Positions 13,692 through 27,779 of a stretch of DNA of 64,000 nucleotides are shown piece after piece. Below the pieces are notes generated by a model that made no database searches, was not told where the DNA came from, and saw nothing but the letters and a program-made list of their open reading frames with translations. The DNA comes from Bugula neritina (lineage: Eukaryota > Animalia > Bryozoa): NCBI GenBank assembly GCA_964035545.1, contig OZ037772.1:3253538-3317537 (forward strand), in the 5' to 3' direction. Each line of letters begins with the position of its first letter. Position 1 is the stretch's first letter. The position numbers and the translations under genes are program-made.

Positions 13692-16600
13692 TTCTCCGTC
13701 ACAATAAAAATTTACAGTTCCACCTGTAAATACTTAACTAGGGGCATTGCGATTTAAGGATAAATATTGCAGTAACAAGTTCAAACTATTAGATATGTAA
13801 TTACTTTAGGACTACTGGACATATTAGAACTTGCAATATATTAGACATTGGGTATAATTGATATTAATAGACGTATTGGAAATTACTACATACATAGTAA
13901 CTTTTATATATAGCTGTGAGTGTCTACTAGCCTCACAACTGCTTAATAGGGCTGTGAGATTTACTACTACTATTGACCAAGTTATAGAATAGGTAACATA
14001 CAAGAGAACAGCACAGCAAGAATTAGTTCAACTTCTGTCTATTGAAAGTTGCAAATTTCCTTTTGTTACCTTTTATAAAATAGAGCCTATCAGACAAAAT
14101 GCTATAGATGCATGTATGCTATATATGTATGTATATGTATATGTATGTGTATATATATATATATATATTTTTTTTTAATCACCTTGTGGATCACTTTATG
14201 TTCTATTGGAAGAAATTAGTATATTAAATATTAGTCTGTACTATACCTACACTGTTACTATACCTACACTGTTACTATACCTACACTTGAAAAAATTAAA
14301 AACGTTTATCCAGTAAATATAACCATAATATGTTAGTGCACGTAGCATGTAGCATGCAAGATCTGAACGATGAAACTTGAACAAGCCAAGACCTAGGTAG
14401 AAAGTAGCTTCATCAGTCAGCATTTATTTATTTTTTTGCAGTGATTGCATCAATTTCTATTTTTTTTAAACTAAATGAGTTAGCACGACTTAAATCTGAA
14501 TTTTATAGTTAACTAAGCATTATAAATTAAATCTTAAAATTAAAAATTATGCAGGGTATTTGTAAATGAGTTGTGGCTATGTAGCCCTATCTTCAAAGAA
14601 AGTATCAATTACTATTTTTCTAGATTAGTGAGATATTATGAGACATATGCAATTTAATTATAAGCTTACTTCCACATTAAATATAATAACCTTTTAATCT
14701 GACAGATGTTGCCAGACCAATTATTTTGATTAATGACTTATCTAATTCTAAGTAGCCCCTCTTATTAGTATAAAATCGGCAAGGATTAGCATAATTAGTA
14801 TAATTTATTCTATATCCCATCTTTGTAACTATAGTGGAAAAACTGTAGTCTGCAATGTTATACACACAGTAATAGCAATGGCCTTGTATTATATTCTGTT
14901 TATGTAGCACTAAACTCATATCAGCGGTTACTCTAATCTAATTGTATGTGGGACTTGAACTAGGGAATTATAATTAATTACTCCTGACTTTTAATATTGG
15001 CTGTGGTGACTTACATTTATAAGCTTGTATTCAATGGTAATTCCAACTATATACATATCAAGCACATTATATGGCGTGGGAAAAGGCTATAACGAAGATT
15101 GGAGTATGGTGGTACCAGTCTATACCAATGTAATATGTGATTAAGGATTAGAGGTCTACGTAGATAAGTGTATTTACTGGGGCTAGTATATTTCTTTATA
15201 AGGATAAGGCTAACATAATTAATATAATATGATGGCTGCATGAGCCTGCTGCAAACTAAGATGTATATAAATATGAAGAGAATGGCGATTGATCTAGGCA
15301 AGAGGCAGTTAGCCTGTGTATCTTTACCACAATAATATAAATGTCTACAAAGTAAAATCCAGGACCCAAAAGAGAATGGAAACACCTTCATCACACAGAG
15401 TTGTGTAATATAATATCTCAAGCAATAATTTCAAGCTGCCTTGCTAGGTAAGGCTCACAGCTCATTAAAGTTTATGTCTGGTCTACTATTTCCTAAACTG
15501 TCTATAGTTTGATTCACTCAGGACCAGCTATTAGGTTAATTAACAAAACTACTTCCCCTTAGATTATCACCAATTGCTTCCAATCTTCAGAACTCAACTA
15601 TGTCAACGTTTTCCTAGAGAATGAAAATTAACCTTTGATTACTGCTCCAGCAGCAAGATGATATCGATTCAACAAACACTATAAACCTGTGGATTCACAA
15701 GACCTTGGTTGTCGTACATACTGAACTTTTCCAGTTCATTGATCATACACAACAGTTAGAGAATAATAATGGTATGGTGCAGTAGTCACAGACGATGACT
15801 AATTACTAGCTTGAGTTTGTCAAGGTATATAGGCCCGCATGGTTGGTAATGAGCTTAATAGATTATTACTTCAAGAGAAAATCTTATAAGGCGATAAGAC
15901 GTATTATATATTAATTCGATTAGTAGTTTGACTAATTAGTATTGCACTTAGGTATAAGAAGTTTTAATTAAAGTTAACTAGGGCCATAATCTGAACAAAA
16001 CATGGGAGTGAATGAGGCTGCACGGGTGGCAGCTAACACGCCCCATGCGCTGCAGTAACATGTAGCAATGCCAGCCCCCACCGTGCTTGTCTCCACATGT
16101 ATCCTACTAATAAAAGAGCTTATATTATATTTTCCTTTTGAAGAAGTAATTGCAAACAACATTGATCCCTGGTAACTCTTATATGAGTTTGGTACACATA
16201 ACTACAGTATAATATTTTTATAGCTAGTTTTATTTATGTTTTCAAATAAGTGGATTACTGGATTACTGTCGCGTCATAGCCTACTAAATGAAGTCATATA
16301 CTGTCGTACGTGAGGCGCCAGCACAAGTTGTGCTTAAATGTGCGTCATGGCCAGGCAGCGGCAGCGCTTCATTAATAGAAAATTCACAATAAAAATTATA
16401 TACATATACCCATCGCCAACATATAGGAAGTGGTTAGTATTAATTAGCTAGCATGCAGGATAGCAAAATGTACCAGAGTAATGTGCACTCAGTCTATTTC
16501 ATACGTCTATGAAATTTAGTCTAGTCAATGTCAAAGTATAGAGCTCTATGGACGTCCAGTAGTAATTTTTGTTTTTTGCAAGGCCTGTAAATTTGTTGTG

Positions 16601-16952
16601 TTTCCGTACGGATTTATGCATGCTGTCGGTATACCATTATGAAATTTTATATTCGATCTGTGTCGGTGTCGGTGTCCCATTTTCTGTAGTGATTCTACGT
16701 ACGTGTTGCCCTACTGACGTGTCGTCATGGCGATATAAATTATACAATTGTTTTTCGATTCATTTGTTGTTCGGGACAGTTCGTGTTTGAAAGCGCTTTA
16801 TATAAATATCGTATGTAGCCTATTTGTTGAAGTAGCCTATATATTATGACAGTATACTGTGTAGCCCTAGTTTTTCGATTGAAGTTTAACGTCATTCTGG
16901 ACGAGCCCTGTAATTCCATAAAATTGTTAGTATATGTGCACATACATTGAAT

Positions 16953-17135
16953 GATGGCCTGTAAGTATCCAACAGCTTGATAGGCTGGGACTACGGAGTA
17001 AATAGTATATCGAGTTGGGCATTAGTGGCCTGCACATGTCCAACAGCCGGATGGGCTGGGACTACGGAGGAAATAGTATATCAAGTTGGGCATTAATGGC
17101 TTGTACATGTCCAACAGCCGGATGGGCTGGGACTA
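16953..17135. repeat. About 71-bp tandem repeat, about 2.5 copies, downstream of the gag-like ORF
   Basis: Three occurrences of TCCAACAGC...GGCTGGGACTA. Confidence 0.8.
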
Positions 17136-17222
17136 TGAGAAACTAATATGGAGATTTATAGAAACTCTTAGGCTGGCTACATAATGGGCTAGTGATTTAA
17201 TTATATAAATACCTATCTAGAT

Positions 17223-20200
17223 CTAGGTACTGAGGGCTTGTATTTGGGCTAGGATATTGTTATTGTTCAGACTGCTAGGGGGGAGAGGGTCAAGTCTGAC
17301 AATGGCTTTTGAGAAGTATCTCAAAAGCTTGTTGGCCAACCTATAAATGTATTTGGTGTGTGGGCCGAATTTTGGCTTACTCAACTTAGGAAAAATTATT
17401 TTATAGTTTCCAAGTAATAGCACACCGTTATGCCCCTGGGTTTGACATTTAACCCTGCCACTTGAGTAGATGTCTTTACCCAGTTTGAAGATGAAAGTGA
17501 CGCCAAAATAAATGCTTGTGATGGTGTACACCAGGTGTTGTAGAGTAGAGAAAAGCATGTATATAAGAAGATATATGGCTGCTGTCACAGGGTGACTGCA
17601 CACATTAAATACCTTATCAGAGGCTTTTGAGCTTGAGTGAAGGTTGGGTGTGGCAGTCATCACATCCTGATGAAGGCTTGCAGCTATCTTCTCTTCTGGT
17701 GAGACTTTGCTAGTAGGTCGGACTTGCTCTCCAGTAGCTGAACATGGCGGTGCCGATGGACAGCTGGGGTTGATACCTTCTGCCTCAGTGGTACCGTCTG
17801 AGGTTGCAGGTATCTCCGTTGCTGGGTCGCAGTGCTGGGTGCTTCCGGCAGGTTGTGGGATGGAGAATCTGGACTCAGGGGTCTGGATGTTAGATTCTTC
17901 ATCTGCCGATCTGCACTCTGAACCTACTTTAGTAATAATACTGGCGCAGATATGGCATTTGGTAGGTTTCCTACTCGGACTGTCCACACTGTGCTTATAG
18001 CAGAGTGAGAACAACTCCTCTATGGTTGGTGGATTTTTAAACCTACCTGCCAGTTGTGGCAGCAAAATGTAACTTAGCTCACGGTTACCTACGCCAGTAG
18101 CAAAAGTCTCACCTATAATTGTAAGTTTTGAGCCACTATCTAGCATATATAGATTATTGCCCTCATCGATAACTCTACATAAAAAGTCTTCTGTAGACTC
18201 ATGGGCCCTAATATGGAGGTCTAGGAACTTTTTCATCTTTGTAGAGTGGTTTTTATTAAACTTTTTGTCAAGAACATTAATCAGGGTGTCAAATGAGATT
18301 TGGAAATTTGTAGACCTTACAATGTTCTGATAACTTTGTTTTGCATTACCATAGAGACAAAGGCCTAGGAATTTAACACTTTGCTCATCTGTGAGGTTGA
18401 GAACTTTTGCTCGATAGCTAAAATCAGCTTTGGTTCGATACCAATTGTCAGAAATATCACCAAATTGATGAACAAAAGCCCAACTTTTGGGGCATCTAAA
18501 TAAGTGGCACCAGTCACTACATGTGCACAGTTGGTTTAAGGTCATACTTTTCATTTTCTGGCTCTTTGCCAGGTGCTTTATGTTCTATATGAACAATGTT
18601 CCACTGATAGCTCGAACAGGTTGAATGTCACAAGAACAAAAAAAATATGAAAAGATAAAGAAACTTATGTTCTCCAATATACTTTTTTATTTTTTTCAAA
18701 AGCCAATTCATGTTTAAGTTATAGCGTGTTGAAAAATATAGTCCCCCTTCCACATTCTTTTTAATTTATACGCTCCTGACTTGTTATTGTGTCTCAATAT
18801 GCCTTGTATTTGAGTGCTCGTTAGTCTCGCTTCACTAACTTTGCCTATACTTCACAAGTGCCAGTGCTGCTGGCTCAAAAGCTAAATGTTATAAACTGTC
18901 AGCTAAAACCCAATCTTGTATTCCTAGGTTGGTTGGCCTAAATAAAACGATAGTCAAATCATGATTTCATGTTTTAAAAATTTACTCTATTCTAACCTGC
19001 TGCCTAGCTAGTTCTATTTTTGATGTATAATTACAGAATTTGTGAAACATTTTTTCGGCAACCATCCTAGTTATAAAATGCAGTAATGGTACTTATAATA
19101 TTATATTATTATCATTATAATATATTATATTATAGTATTATGTGTGTTTTTATTATACTGCATAATATATATTTTATTATTGTTGTTGTGCAAACAAGTG
19201 CAATTAACCTAGTTTTCAAAATTTAACTCTAAATTATCAGAATATCAGTTTAGATATTTTCATGCTTTGTTAGGTAAACCTAAAAAAAGAGGCTGTATTC
19301 CCAAAGTAAAGGGTGTTGAACTATGAACTATATTAGATTAGCCACATTTGCTACCAAGTGCATCAGTATAATATTATATGAATAGCTCTGATGCTTTGTC
19401 TCCGGTGGCTGGCTGCGATATGATAACTTGGCCAACTTCCAAGAGTTTAAAATTGGCGCAATTATTCAAGAGGTTACATACTGCACAGAGCTAGCAGTGA
19501 TAGTAACCTTGCTATTGACAGTACTTATTACAACTGCCAGCATATAAGCTGCATTGTAGAATGCCGTTGGGGTAGGCTAGTAAAATTAAATTCTGCTCTC
19601 TAATATACCTTAGACACAATGCAGCAACATAATTTTTAGTTTCAAATTACATTGCCACCCTTACATGAGCTGTGGGCTTCATAAAGATTCATATGATTAG
19701 AGATTTATGCTATAGGCCCTACCTGTGCTAGTGCATGATGAAAATAACACACCATTGTCAAAGTTAACTTCAAGTATGTTGTTTTCCAGAAACTCAGTAT
19801 TGTTGATTTATCTCTCGCATACAAATACTCATGTAATACCATACAGTTTAAGTTTTATTTTAGAGCACATCGGCAAACTCTACAATAAGACCTTGCTTTA
19901 TTAGTCTATTTCAGACCTGTTTTTGTAGCTAGTAATACGCAAGCTACTTATTTTTAAACTGTTGGGTTATTTGTTCAAAACCATTAGCTTTGCTAGTAAC
20001 CAGAGGCTATTGCAACAGTTCACTGCTAATCAACATGAATTGACAGCCTAATAATTATAACCCATTTGCGCCGCGAAATATTTATGTACTCATAGTTACT
20101 CATATAGTTGGCAATTTATTAACGATGACTGCGTGGTCCAGAGGTTATAGGCGGCGGCGAGAAGTTGGTTGGTCATGGTTCAATCCCAGTATGTTGCAAT

Positions 20201-21120
20201 TTTTTTTGTCAACTTATGCAAATCCTATGCATGTATAATAAATATGGCTATAATTTTAAAGGTTTTTTAACTTTTGTTCAACAGTAAGACAACATACATG
20301 CATAATACTTAGCTACTGAACACTGGGCTAAACTTTAAATTGATCTTATAGAATACAATGTACTTGAAATAATCATATGTGAATTAGAGAAACTGGAAGT
20401 ACACCTGCTGCAATATAGACAGACCTTTACTGACAAGACTGCAAAGTGAAGTGATTTAGCTGAAATTAACTCTGCCAAACAAACAAAGAATTATGTTGTG
20501 CTGAGGCATTGTCAATAGATTGTAACATAATGAGATGATTCAGCTAAGTGCTAATGTAAAACAGGGAACATTATATTGGCAGAAATCCAATAGATTGCCA
20601 ATTTGTGCGAGAGGGTACTATATGTTATTGTGATAGCGCGCAGAGCAGCAAACGTACTAGGGATGTTATAATTAGTCACAGGAGCGTAGCTAGAACCACC
20701 ATATGAAGAATTTAGAAAATTGCAGTGAAACTTGCATAATGGTGTATGTTTTTACCAAATTGTGAAGAGCATAAACAGAATTTCAAAAAACAAAGAAAGT
20801 ATATTAGAGAAAACATATCAAGGAATGTCAAGTTTAACTTTTAGACTTTATAAAATAAATCCCCTGTGCTACAGCAGTGGAACATGGAGGGTGTAAAATT
20901 TTACTTATTATGCAACAACTTTCTCAGAAAATTTTTTATTGAAAAATTAAAAAAGTATATGAAAGAGGAATGCAAGAGCTATCTTTTCATGTAAAATTTA
21001 TTAATGTGAGACAAAAACTGTTCGAGCTATCCCCTGGAAACCGTTTATATATAACATAAAGCAGTGCTTGAATCTGGAAAGTAATGACCTTAAACTAACT
21101 GTGTGGCCATTGTGTGACAT
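17223..21120 (-). CDS. Gag/capsid-like protein with a C-terminal hydrophobic segment, interrupted after about 10 codons by the transposon at 18540-21089
   Basis: Capsid-like pattern (LTDEQSVKFLGLCLYGNAKQSY, FDTLINVLDKKF, ESTEDFLCR, PPTIEEL); removing the transposon joins ATG 21120 in frame (MSHNGHTVSLNQLCTC...). Confidence 0.72.
18540..21089. mobile_element. Kolobok-like non-autonomous transposon A' (contiguous 2550-bp copy)
   Basis: TTAA at 18536-18539 and 21090-21093; imperfect TIR GGTCAT(T)ACTTT. Confidence 0.85.
20129..20205 (+). other. tRNA-derived (A/B box) SINE-like segment inside transposon A'
   Basis: TGGTCCAGAGG A-box-like and GGTTCAATCCC B-box-like motifs followed by a T run; no full cloverleaf. 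Confidence 0.45.
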
Positions 21121-21408
21121 AAAATGATATAGGCTATTTATATATGAAATTTGTATAAAATTTGTTTGTGTAAGCCTATGTATGGTTAATCATTTTTGCT
21201 TGCACAATAAATGATATAGTATTTCCACCCCATATTTAAAACAGACACGTCCTCGTGTCAATTTATGCACAAATCAACAGTAAGATAAAAACAAGCCACA
21301 TGAAAAAAACAAATTGGAAAAAACTAACTGTACGGGACTTCTATGGCAGTCTCAACTAATAAAACACACAGATAGACTGAGAAACTGGAGCGGTGCACGA
21401 GAGCGATT

Positions 21409-21421
21409 GGCACCTCCACCA
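21409..21421 (-). promoter_or_regulatory. Primer binding site, tRNA-Ala type
   Basis: TGGTGGAGGTGCC 2 nt downstream of the 5' LTR; complementary to the metazoan tRNA-Ala 3' end GGCACCTCCACCA. Confidence 0.75.
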
Positions 21422-21423
21422 AA

Positions 21424-21898
21424 TGTTATGATGGGTTTTACTAATTTTGAGTATCGTAAACTCACCGAGTAATATATGTAATGCGGCCTTGGGGTGAGCT
21501 CGGGTCGGTGTGCAGTTACGGGTTGATAGCTTGGCTGCGAGGTAACTCCAGTTCCTGTCCGTCTGGTAGGGGTGAAGTTGAGACTCCGGGTTAGAGTAGT
21601 TGGCTGGTGGTGCTCCTCGGTCTATGGTCCTGAGCTAGCACTCACAGACGTACTCTAACACATTCTAATTAGGTTGCATACGTTCTATATAACTATTCTC
21701 AATTATTCCTCAATCAGTCTCAAGACTCTCCATTCTCCCATTTTCACTAGGTTATATAGCTATAACACTCACACAAGCCACACCCACGCTATAAGTAGTA
21801 TTAATGTCAAACTTAGAGTTGTGCACCCCACACACACATGCAACAACAAGAGATGACAACTACACATATTTATAACACTTGTAAATCCAGATATAACA
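21424..21898 (-). repeat. 5' LTR, 475 bp
   Basis: Direct repeat of 13217-13691, adjacent to the PBS. Confidence 0.95.
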
Positions 21899-22884
21899 TA
21901 ATTACTAAACTGTTTTGGACTAAAAATATATAGGATATAAACTATAGAGTATATACCCTTGAACGCCACTAGCTTGGAAGCTCTGCTTCCTAGTTAGACT
22001 TCAGAAATTGCTTCATTTTAGTACAAATAATTAATCTAGATTCAAAGTAGACTACACATTGTATAGGGTATCAGCTGTAGGCAGTACAACAACATTGCCA
22101 TCACCAAGATTCTAACTACTATAGCTACTATAATATAATAACCAGTCTCATACCGCCTAACTATTTTACTGCAGAGGTGAACTTTAACCCTTTGGTTTAG
22201 CGCGCACAACATGAATCATAGGCCGCGTGAGCTCCCTGTAATCATTATGATGGCTACGATGCAGCGCAGCTCTACCGTGTTCAACCAAGCATGCAGACTA
22301 AGTGAGAAGCAAAATTTCTAATAAAACCAGTGTATAAATTACATGTTTACACTTATTCTATTGAAGCTATGCAGAAAATTTGAAAAGGTTCCAATAGACA
22401 AATATCTTATCACTCCATAGGTCAATTTTCACAAAGATATATCAATTAGGGATTGAATTATTTTTTGGGCACTGAGACCATGTTTTTTTGAGCAAAAATG
22501 GGCAGAATTTGGTAGTTTTTGGGGCATAAAAGTGCAACAGATGACATAAATGAAAGTTTTAAAAAAGGTTCCAATAGAGCAGCAAGAGATATACAACATA
22601 GTTTTTGAATTTTGTTTCTAGACTCAAAATTGATTGAGTTATGAGTTGGGCACTGTTTCATATATAATTATAATGGAGCAATGAAATTACTGATTCAGTA
22701 GAAGGATGACCTTAATCAAGCTGTGAACTCTACAATAAGAGCTTGCTTTACCAGTCTATTTCAGACCTGTTTTTGTAGCTAGTAAAACGCAAGCTACTTA
22801 TTTTTAAACTTTTGGGTTATTTGTTTAAAACCATTAGCTCAGCTAGTAACGCAAAATATTTATTTAATAATAGTTACTCATATA

Positions 22885-23975
22885 CACTGCGTTTCCATGA
22901 AGGCGAATGAATTCGTACGAGTGCCCGTACGGATTACATCGAAGGAAAAACCACGCGTTCCTATGCAATCCCTACGAAATTATCTTCTCTTTGCAACTGT
23001 GACTGCTGAACTAAAATGATAATTAATATGGCCAACTTTGAGTTTGAGTTCATGCACAACGGCAATTTTTTAATTCTGTCCCCACTTTTGATAGATTAAA
23101 TCAATCAAATACACAAACTTTGAGTCAGTTAATTTAAAATAAAAAAGCATAAACCAATGAAAGCATAAAGTATTTCTTGATCGATAAACTTAAGCCTAAA
23201 AGTAGCCTAATTTAAATTTCCAAAATAAAAATAGCTGTCAACTTATTTTTAACTTGGAAAAGCTTTGGCTTACGGAAAATTTTTATAAATTTAAGATGAT
23301 TAGTAACTATTCTAAATAATAGCAGCTATGATAAATAAAATGATTTAAATTTTTAAAAGCCGAAGTTCACTTTAGCGTAGGTTGTAACTTATAATTATTG
23401 TTTACATCGCGTAACTATGTAACTAGCCGCCACAAATGCTGATCTCTGCCTCCGGCACAAAAGGTTTCATTCGATTTAACCGTAGGAACCATTTCCATTA
23501 TGCGCATAATGCGAAGGAAAATGTTCATCGAAGGAGCCGTTCGGTGTAATTTCCCCAAATTTACTCCAAATTTCACAAATAGCATAAATTAAATAGTATT
23601 ACCGTGCCTATTTGCATCCAATTAACTAGTCTTACATTTATAGCAACTGTAACGTATTTTGTGTATAATGGTTATTGCAAGCATTATTCAATTCATATTC
23701 ACATTAAAATCACAGCGAAGCTTTAACTTTATAGCTTTGTATTTATGTGCATGATTGAGTTTTAATTTTTCTTTTTATTTTAAGTGCATTAAAAATGTGT
23801 TTAAAAACTTTACCAATAAAAAAAATTAAAAAAAATGTACACATAAAATAGAAAAAAAATAAAATAACAAAAGTGGCAAAATTTTTCCCTTATAACTTAT
23901 ATAAACTCGCGGTACCAATCTCGGCATAATGGCGCCCATATGATTCCGTAAGATTTGCTAATGGCAACACTCTTG
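22885..23975. mobile_element. Probable MITE replacing part of transposon A
   Basis: Starts CACTGCGTTTCCATG, resembling the 31261 family terminus; right end degenerate; absent from A'. Confidence 0.45.
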
Positions 23976-24394
23976 AATATACCACACTGGCTAGAACCAC
24001 CATATGAAGAATTTAGAAAATTGCAGTGAAACTTGCAAAATGGTGTATGTTTTTACCAAATTGTGAAGAGCATAAACAGAATTTCAAAAAACAAAGAAAG
24101 TATATTAGAGAAAACATATCAAGGAATGTCAAGTTTAACTTTTAGACTTTATAAAATGAATCCCCTGTGCTACAGCAGTGGAACATGGAGGGTGTAAAAT
24201 TTTACTTATCATGCAACAACTTTCTCAGAAATTTTTTTATTGAAAAATTAAAAAAGCATATGAAAGAGGAATGCAAGAGCTATCTTTTCATGTAAAATTT
24301 ATTAATGTGAGACAAAAACTGTTCGAGCTATCCCCTGGAAACCGTTTATATATAACGTAAAGCAGTGCCTGAATCTGGAAAATAATGACCTTAA

Positions 24395-25163
24395 AGGATT
24401 GCTGTATCTTGTCTAATAAATGGCCATTTAGGTCAAACACATATAATATTGTGTTTTTCTAAGCATGCATTGACAAAAAGCATTTGACCAAAGGTAGAAA
24501 AAGTTAGTTGAAGTTGAGGGTGTAGATTGGTAACAGCCAAAACGCCGATTTTGAAATGAGCTGGGAAGTGTGACGTAACAGCGCCAGCATTCCTGCTGGT
24601 CACGTGACTATACAAATGAATAACTATAGAAATATGACTGTGAGATGTAATCTTTTAGCTTGCAATTTGTATATTTATAGAAGTGCAAATGTGAATTATC
24701 TCAATCTATAGTTTTTTGACATTTTAAATAACATGTATGTGAAAACATTAGGCTATATTTTGCTTGTAAACATTAGAAAAAAGCCTTGCAAAAGCATGCA
24801 TTCTTTAGGATGAATGCTTGCGATCGATCTAAACTAAGTCAGATCGTGCAATATTACGGGCACACCAAAGCTGACCTATATAGCGCACTGTCACTGCTTG
24901 AGCGTAATTGGTTGATATTGTGCCCAGCAACCTTGAATACTAGCGTTATAGTTAGCACGTGCAGCATAGTTACTGGCGTTCACACGTCACGTATTAGGCT
25001 ATTCTTTTTCATGGCTGAAAATTTTACCTCCCTCAAAATTGGAATTTTGAAAAGCTGTTTTCTAGGCATATATCCCTTTGCAAAGTTACAATTGTTTGCA
25101 TACACATTAGATTATAGTTTATAATTATAATGTGATTGTAATAAACTAAGATAGAGCAATCCT
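24395..25163. mobile_element. Kolobok-like MITE C sharing the TTAA of element A
   Basis: TTAA|AGGATTGCTGTATCTT...AAGATAGAGCAATCCT|TTAA, 16-bp TIR with 1 mismatch. Confidence 0.88.
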
Positions 25164-25252
25164 TTAAACTGTGGTATTATAGAGCCGACCTTTGTAGTTG
25201 AGTGACGTGTAATAATCCTTCTGCGCGCAGAACTTCCTCGTTATTTTGGTTT

Positions 25253-26030
25253 TATTCATATTGTGCCTTTTCTCAGTTACTACTTACTAGTTGCCAAGTT
25301 TCTTACCAGTTTACAGACTGACACTATTGACTCTCGTGAGGTGAGAACAGTTTGAGTCATCTCATCATTTCTCAAATTATTCAGGTACCCGTACTTTAAT
25401 ACTTGCAGTTAGATTTACTATTTTACTTTTAGTATTTACTATTTTAGTATTTAGTATTTTACTATTTTAATTCTAGATTTACTTTTACTTTTAGTTTTAG
25501 TTTTACTTTTAGCCTTTAGGCTTTAGGTTTAAGTCTAGACTTATAACTTATATAATATCAATATAGGATTAAGCTTAAGACTACGTTATATTTAAATTAT
25601 AAGTTATATAAATTAAAATTTTTACAGTTAATGTTATAATATTAATTAAATATAATTGTTTCTCTTTCAGTCTTTGATTTGAAATTTACAATAGACATAG
25701 TAATACCATAGCTCATAGGCATATGATCTATTATTAATTAATTATAATGATTTATCGGATAATATAAATATGAATATCGTAATAATTTAATGATATTAAA
25801 TTTATTATTATTATAAAAAATTTAATCGACTTCAAGTTTAGGTTCAAGTTTTAATACTGAAAAATTGGTCTACTAGTAGTAGTACTAGTACTACTACTAC
25901 TACTATTCATATTGTGCCTCATTTCAGTTACTAGTTACCAAGTGTCCGACCAGTTTACTGACTAACACTATTGACTCTCGTGAGGTGAGAGCATTTTGAG
26001 TCATCTCATCATTTCTCAAATTAATCAGGT
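25253..26030 (+). promoter_or_regulatory. Duplicated candidate promoter / non-coding first exon of the TRIM gene
   Basis: About 130-bp unit at 25253-25390 and 25904-26030, each with a TCAGTT initiator-like motif and a GAG|GTGAGA donor; acceptor TTTTACAG at 27756 precedes the ATG. Confidence 0.5.
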
Positions 26031-27779
26031 ACTTTACTACTTACAGTTTCCGTTAGATTTACTAATTACTTTGTCTTTTAGACTAAGAGTACTACAATAT
26101 GACTATGACTATGAGTATGACTATGAGTATAGACTATAGTGTATACTATTACTATTAGTATTAGTATTAGTATTACTATTATAATTTGTATTGTTGTATG
26201 AGTAATTAGTATTATCATTCTTTCACTCATTGCACTACATTTACTATAACTATAAGTATAAGTATAATTATAACTATAAACTTAAAGTGTAAGTTACTAT
26301 ATTAATATTACTGCACTACTATAACTGTCAGTATTACTTTGGCGTTGCAGTTGGTCTTACTGCCAGTGCCAGGTCTGCTACCAACATCATTAAATTTATT
26401 TATAACGATAATATTGCCATTGGTGATTATCACACAATATTATTGATTATCGACATAGCTCGACTTTGTTAAGTCAATATTTAACAAGTTGGTTTTATAA
26501 TACTAATACCAATAAGTTTATTATAACCAGTGAGTCGCTTATTTTTACTTTGTGAATTTATGATTGTAGCATTATCATACTTATAATATTTATTGCAAAT
26601 TTTTGAATTAATGTTACACTTACTCAATTTGAATATCAGAATATCTTACCACTGGCACTAGTCAGTTATTAATGACAGTGCATAGTGATCACTGCATGTG
26701 ATACATTGTCATACCCTGCACATCCCAATGCACTGCCCTTCTGGATTCATTGTGAATAGCGTATTCGGTTGGCTTATATTATTTTACTCAGCGTTGAATA
26801 TACAACTAACATGTACTACACTGCTCTAATTTATGTAACAATGCTTGCTAGTTGCTGCTATCTTTACCTCTATATTTCTGTCATTCAAAAACTAACATAA
26901 TTACATAATAGGTACATAATTGGAATTTGACTATTCTATAAATTACTGAGAATATAAGGTTAGCCACATTTATATGATGTACTCTTGTTGTAGACATAAA
27001 ATATGAGGTTAGTGTTAATAATACATTTGCTAGGTAAGAGTGTAGAATAAATAATTGGCTAGAGATGAGTGTAGAAGCTGCCAACTCATGAAACAACTAC
27101 ACCTGACCTAACAGAAGCACAAACATGTTAAATTAGTATGTTCCACACCACCATAGTTTCTATTAGATGATTAGAATAGCAAACTAGCAGTTAATGGCAT
27201 GTTTCCTGGCTGGTGGAAGGATGACTCTAAGTAACATATTAAATCATGCATCACCAACACTGCAGAAATGTTGAAATGAATTTTGTCATTTAGATTATGG
27301 AGAAAACAAAGTATTTTCAACACCCAGTACAAACTAGTTCATAGAACTATGTTTTCTCACACTGCTATGTTCCCCCTGTTTAGTGTCTTACGCATGCTAT
27401 ACATTCCTTGCTATGTAATAGTTCAAAGTACACCCTGGGAAGGAACAAAGTCTATCCTATGCTCAGGTGTGGACTCTGCCCCAGTAATGTGTCAAAATAC
27501 TCAGTTAGAAACAGATTATTATTGAGAGTTCATGAAGTCTCCAGCTTATATAAGCAGCTGAGCCCAATTCTGCTGTTTGTTCATGAAATTAATACATAAC
27601 TCACCGGTATTCATGTTTCACTTCTCCTCTTCATATTGATGGTCTGGTTATGACTTAGAAGTTAATGTGTCAGTCTTTGGTTGGGAAGGTGAAGGACAAA
27701 CCTTCACAGATGTAGTGTAAAATATTATGCTAAGAGTATATGTGCATCTTTTACAGGATTTCCTTATCATATAACCAAG

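Larger units (their letters stand above)
13217..21898 (-). mobile_element. Pol-less LTR retroelement carrying a gag-like gene
   Basis: 475-bp LTRs (TGTTAT...ATAACA) identical by eye, TAAT target duplication, tRNA-Ala-type PBS on the minus strand, no RT or integrase motifs. Confidence 0.9.
8734..22711. mobile_element. Kolobok-like DNA transposon B inserted at a TTAA within A
   Basis: TTAA|GGTCATCC...GGATGACC|TTAA; element A sequence resumes right after 22715; about 5.3 kb without the nested LTR element; no intact transposase ORF seen. Confidence 0.72.
7453..24390. mobile_element. Kolobok-like non-autonomous DNA transposon A (outer copy, split by nested insertions)
   Basis: TTAA|GGTCAT...ATGACC|TTAA; 7453-8720, 22728-22884 and 23989-24390 match the contiguous copy at 18540-21089. 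Confidence 0.8.
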
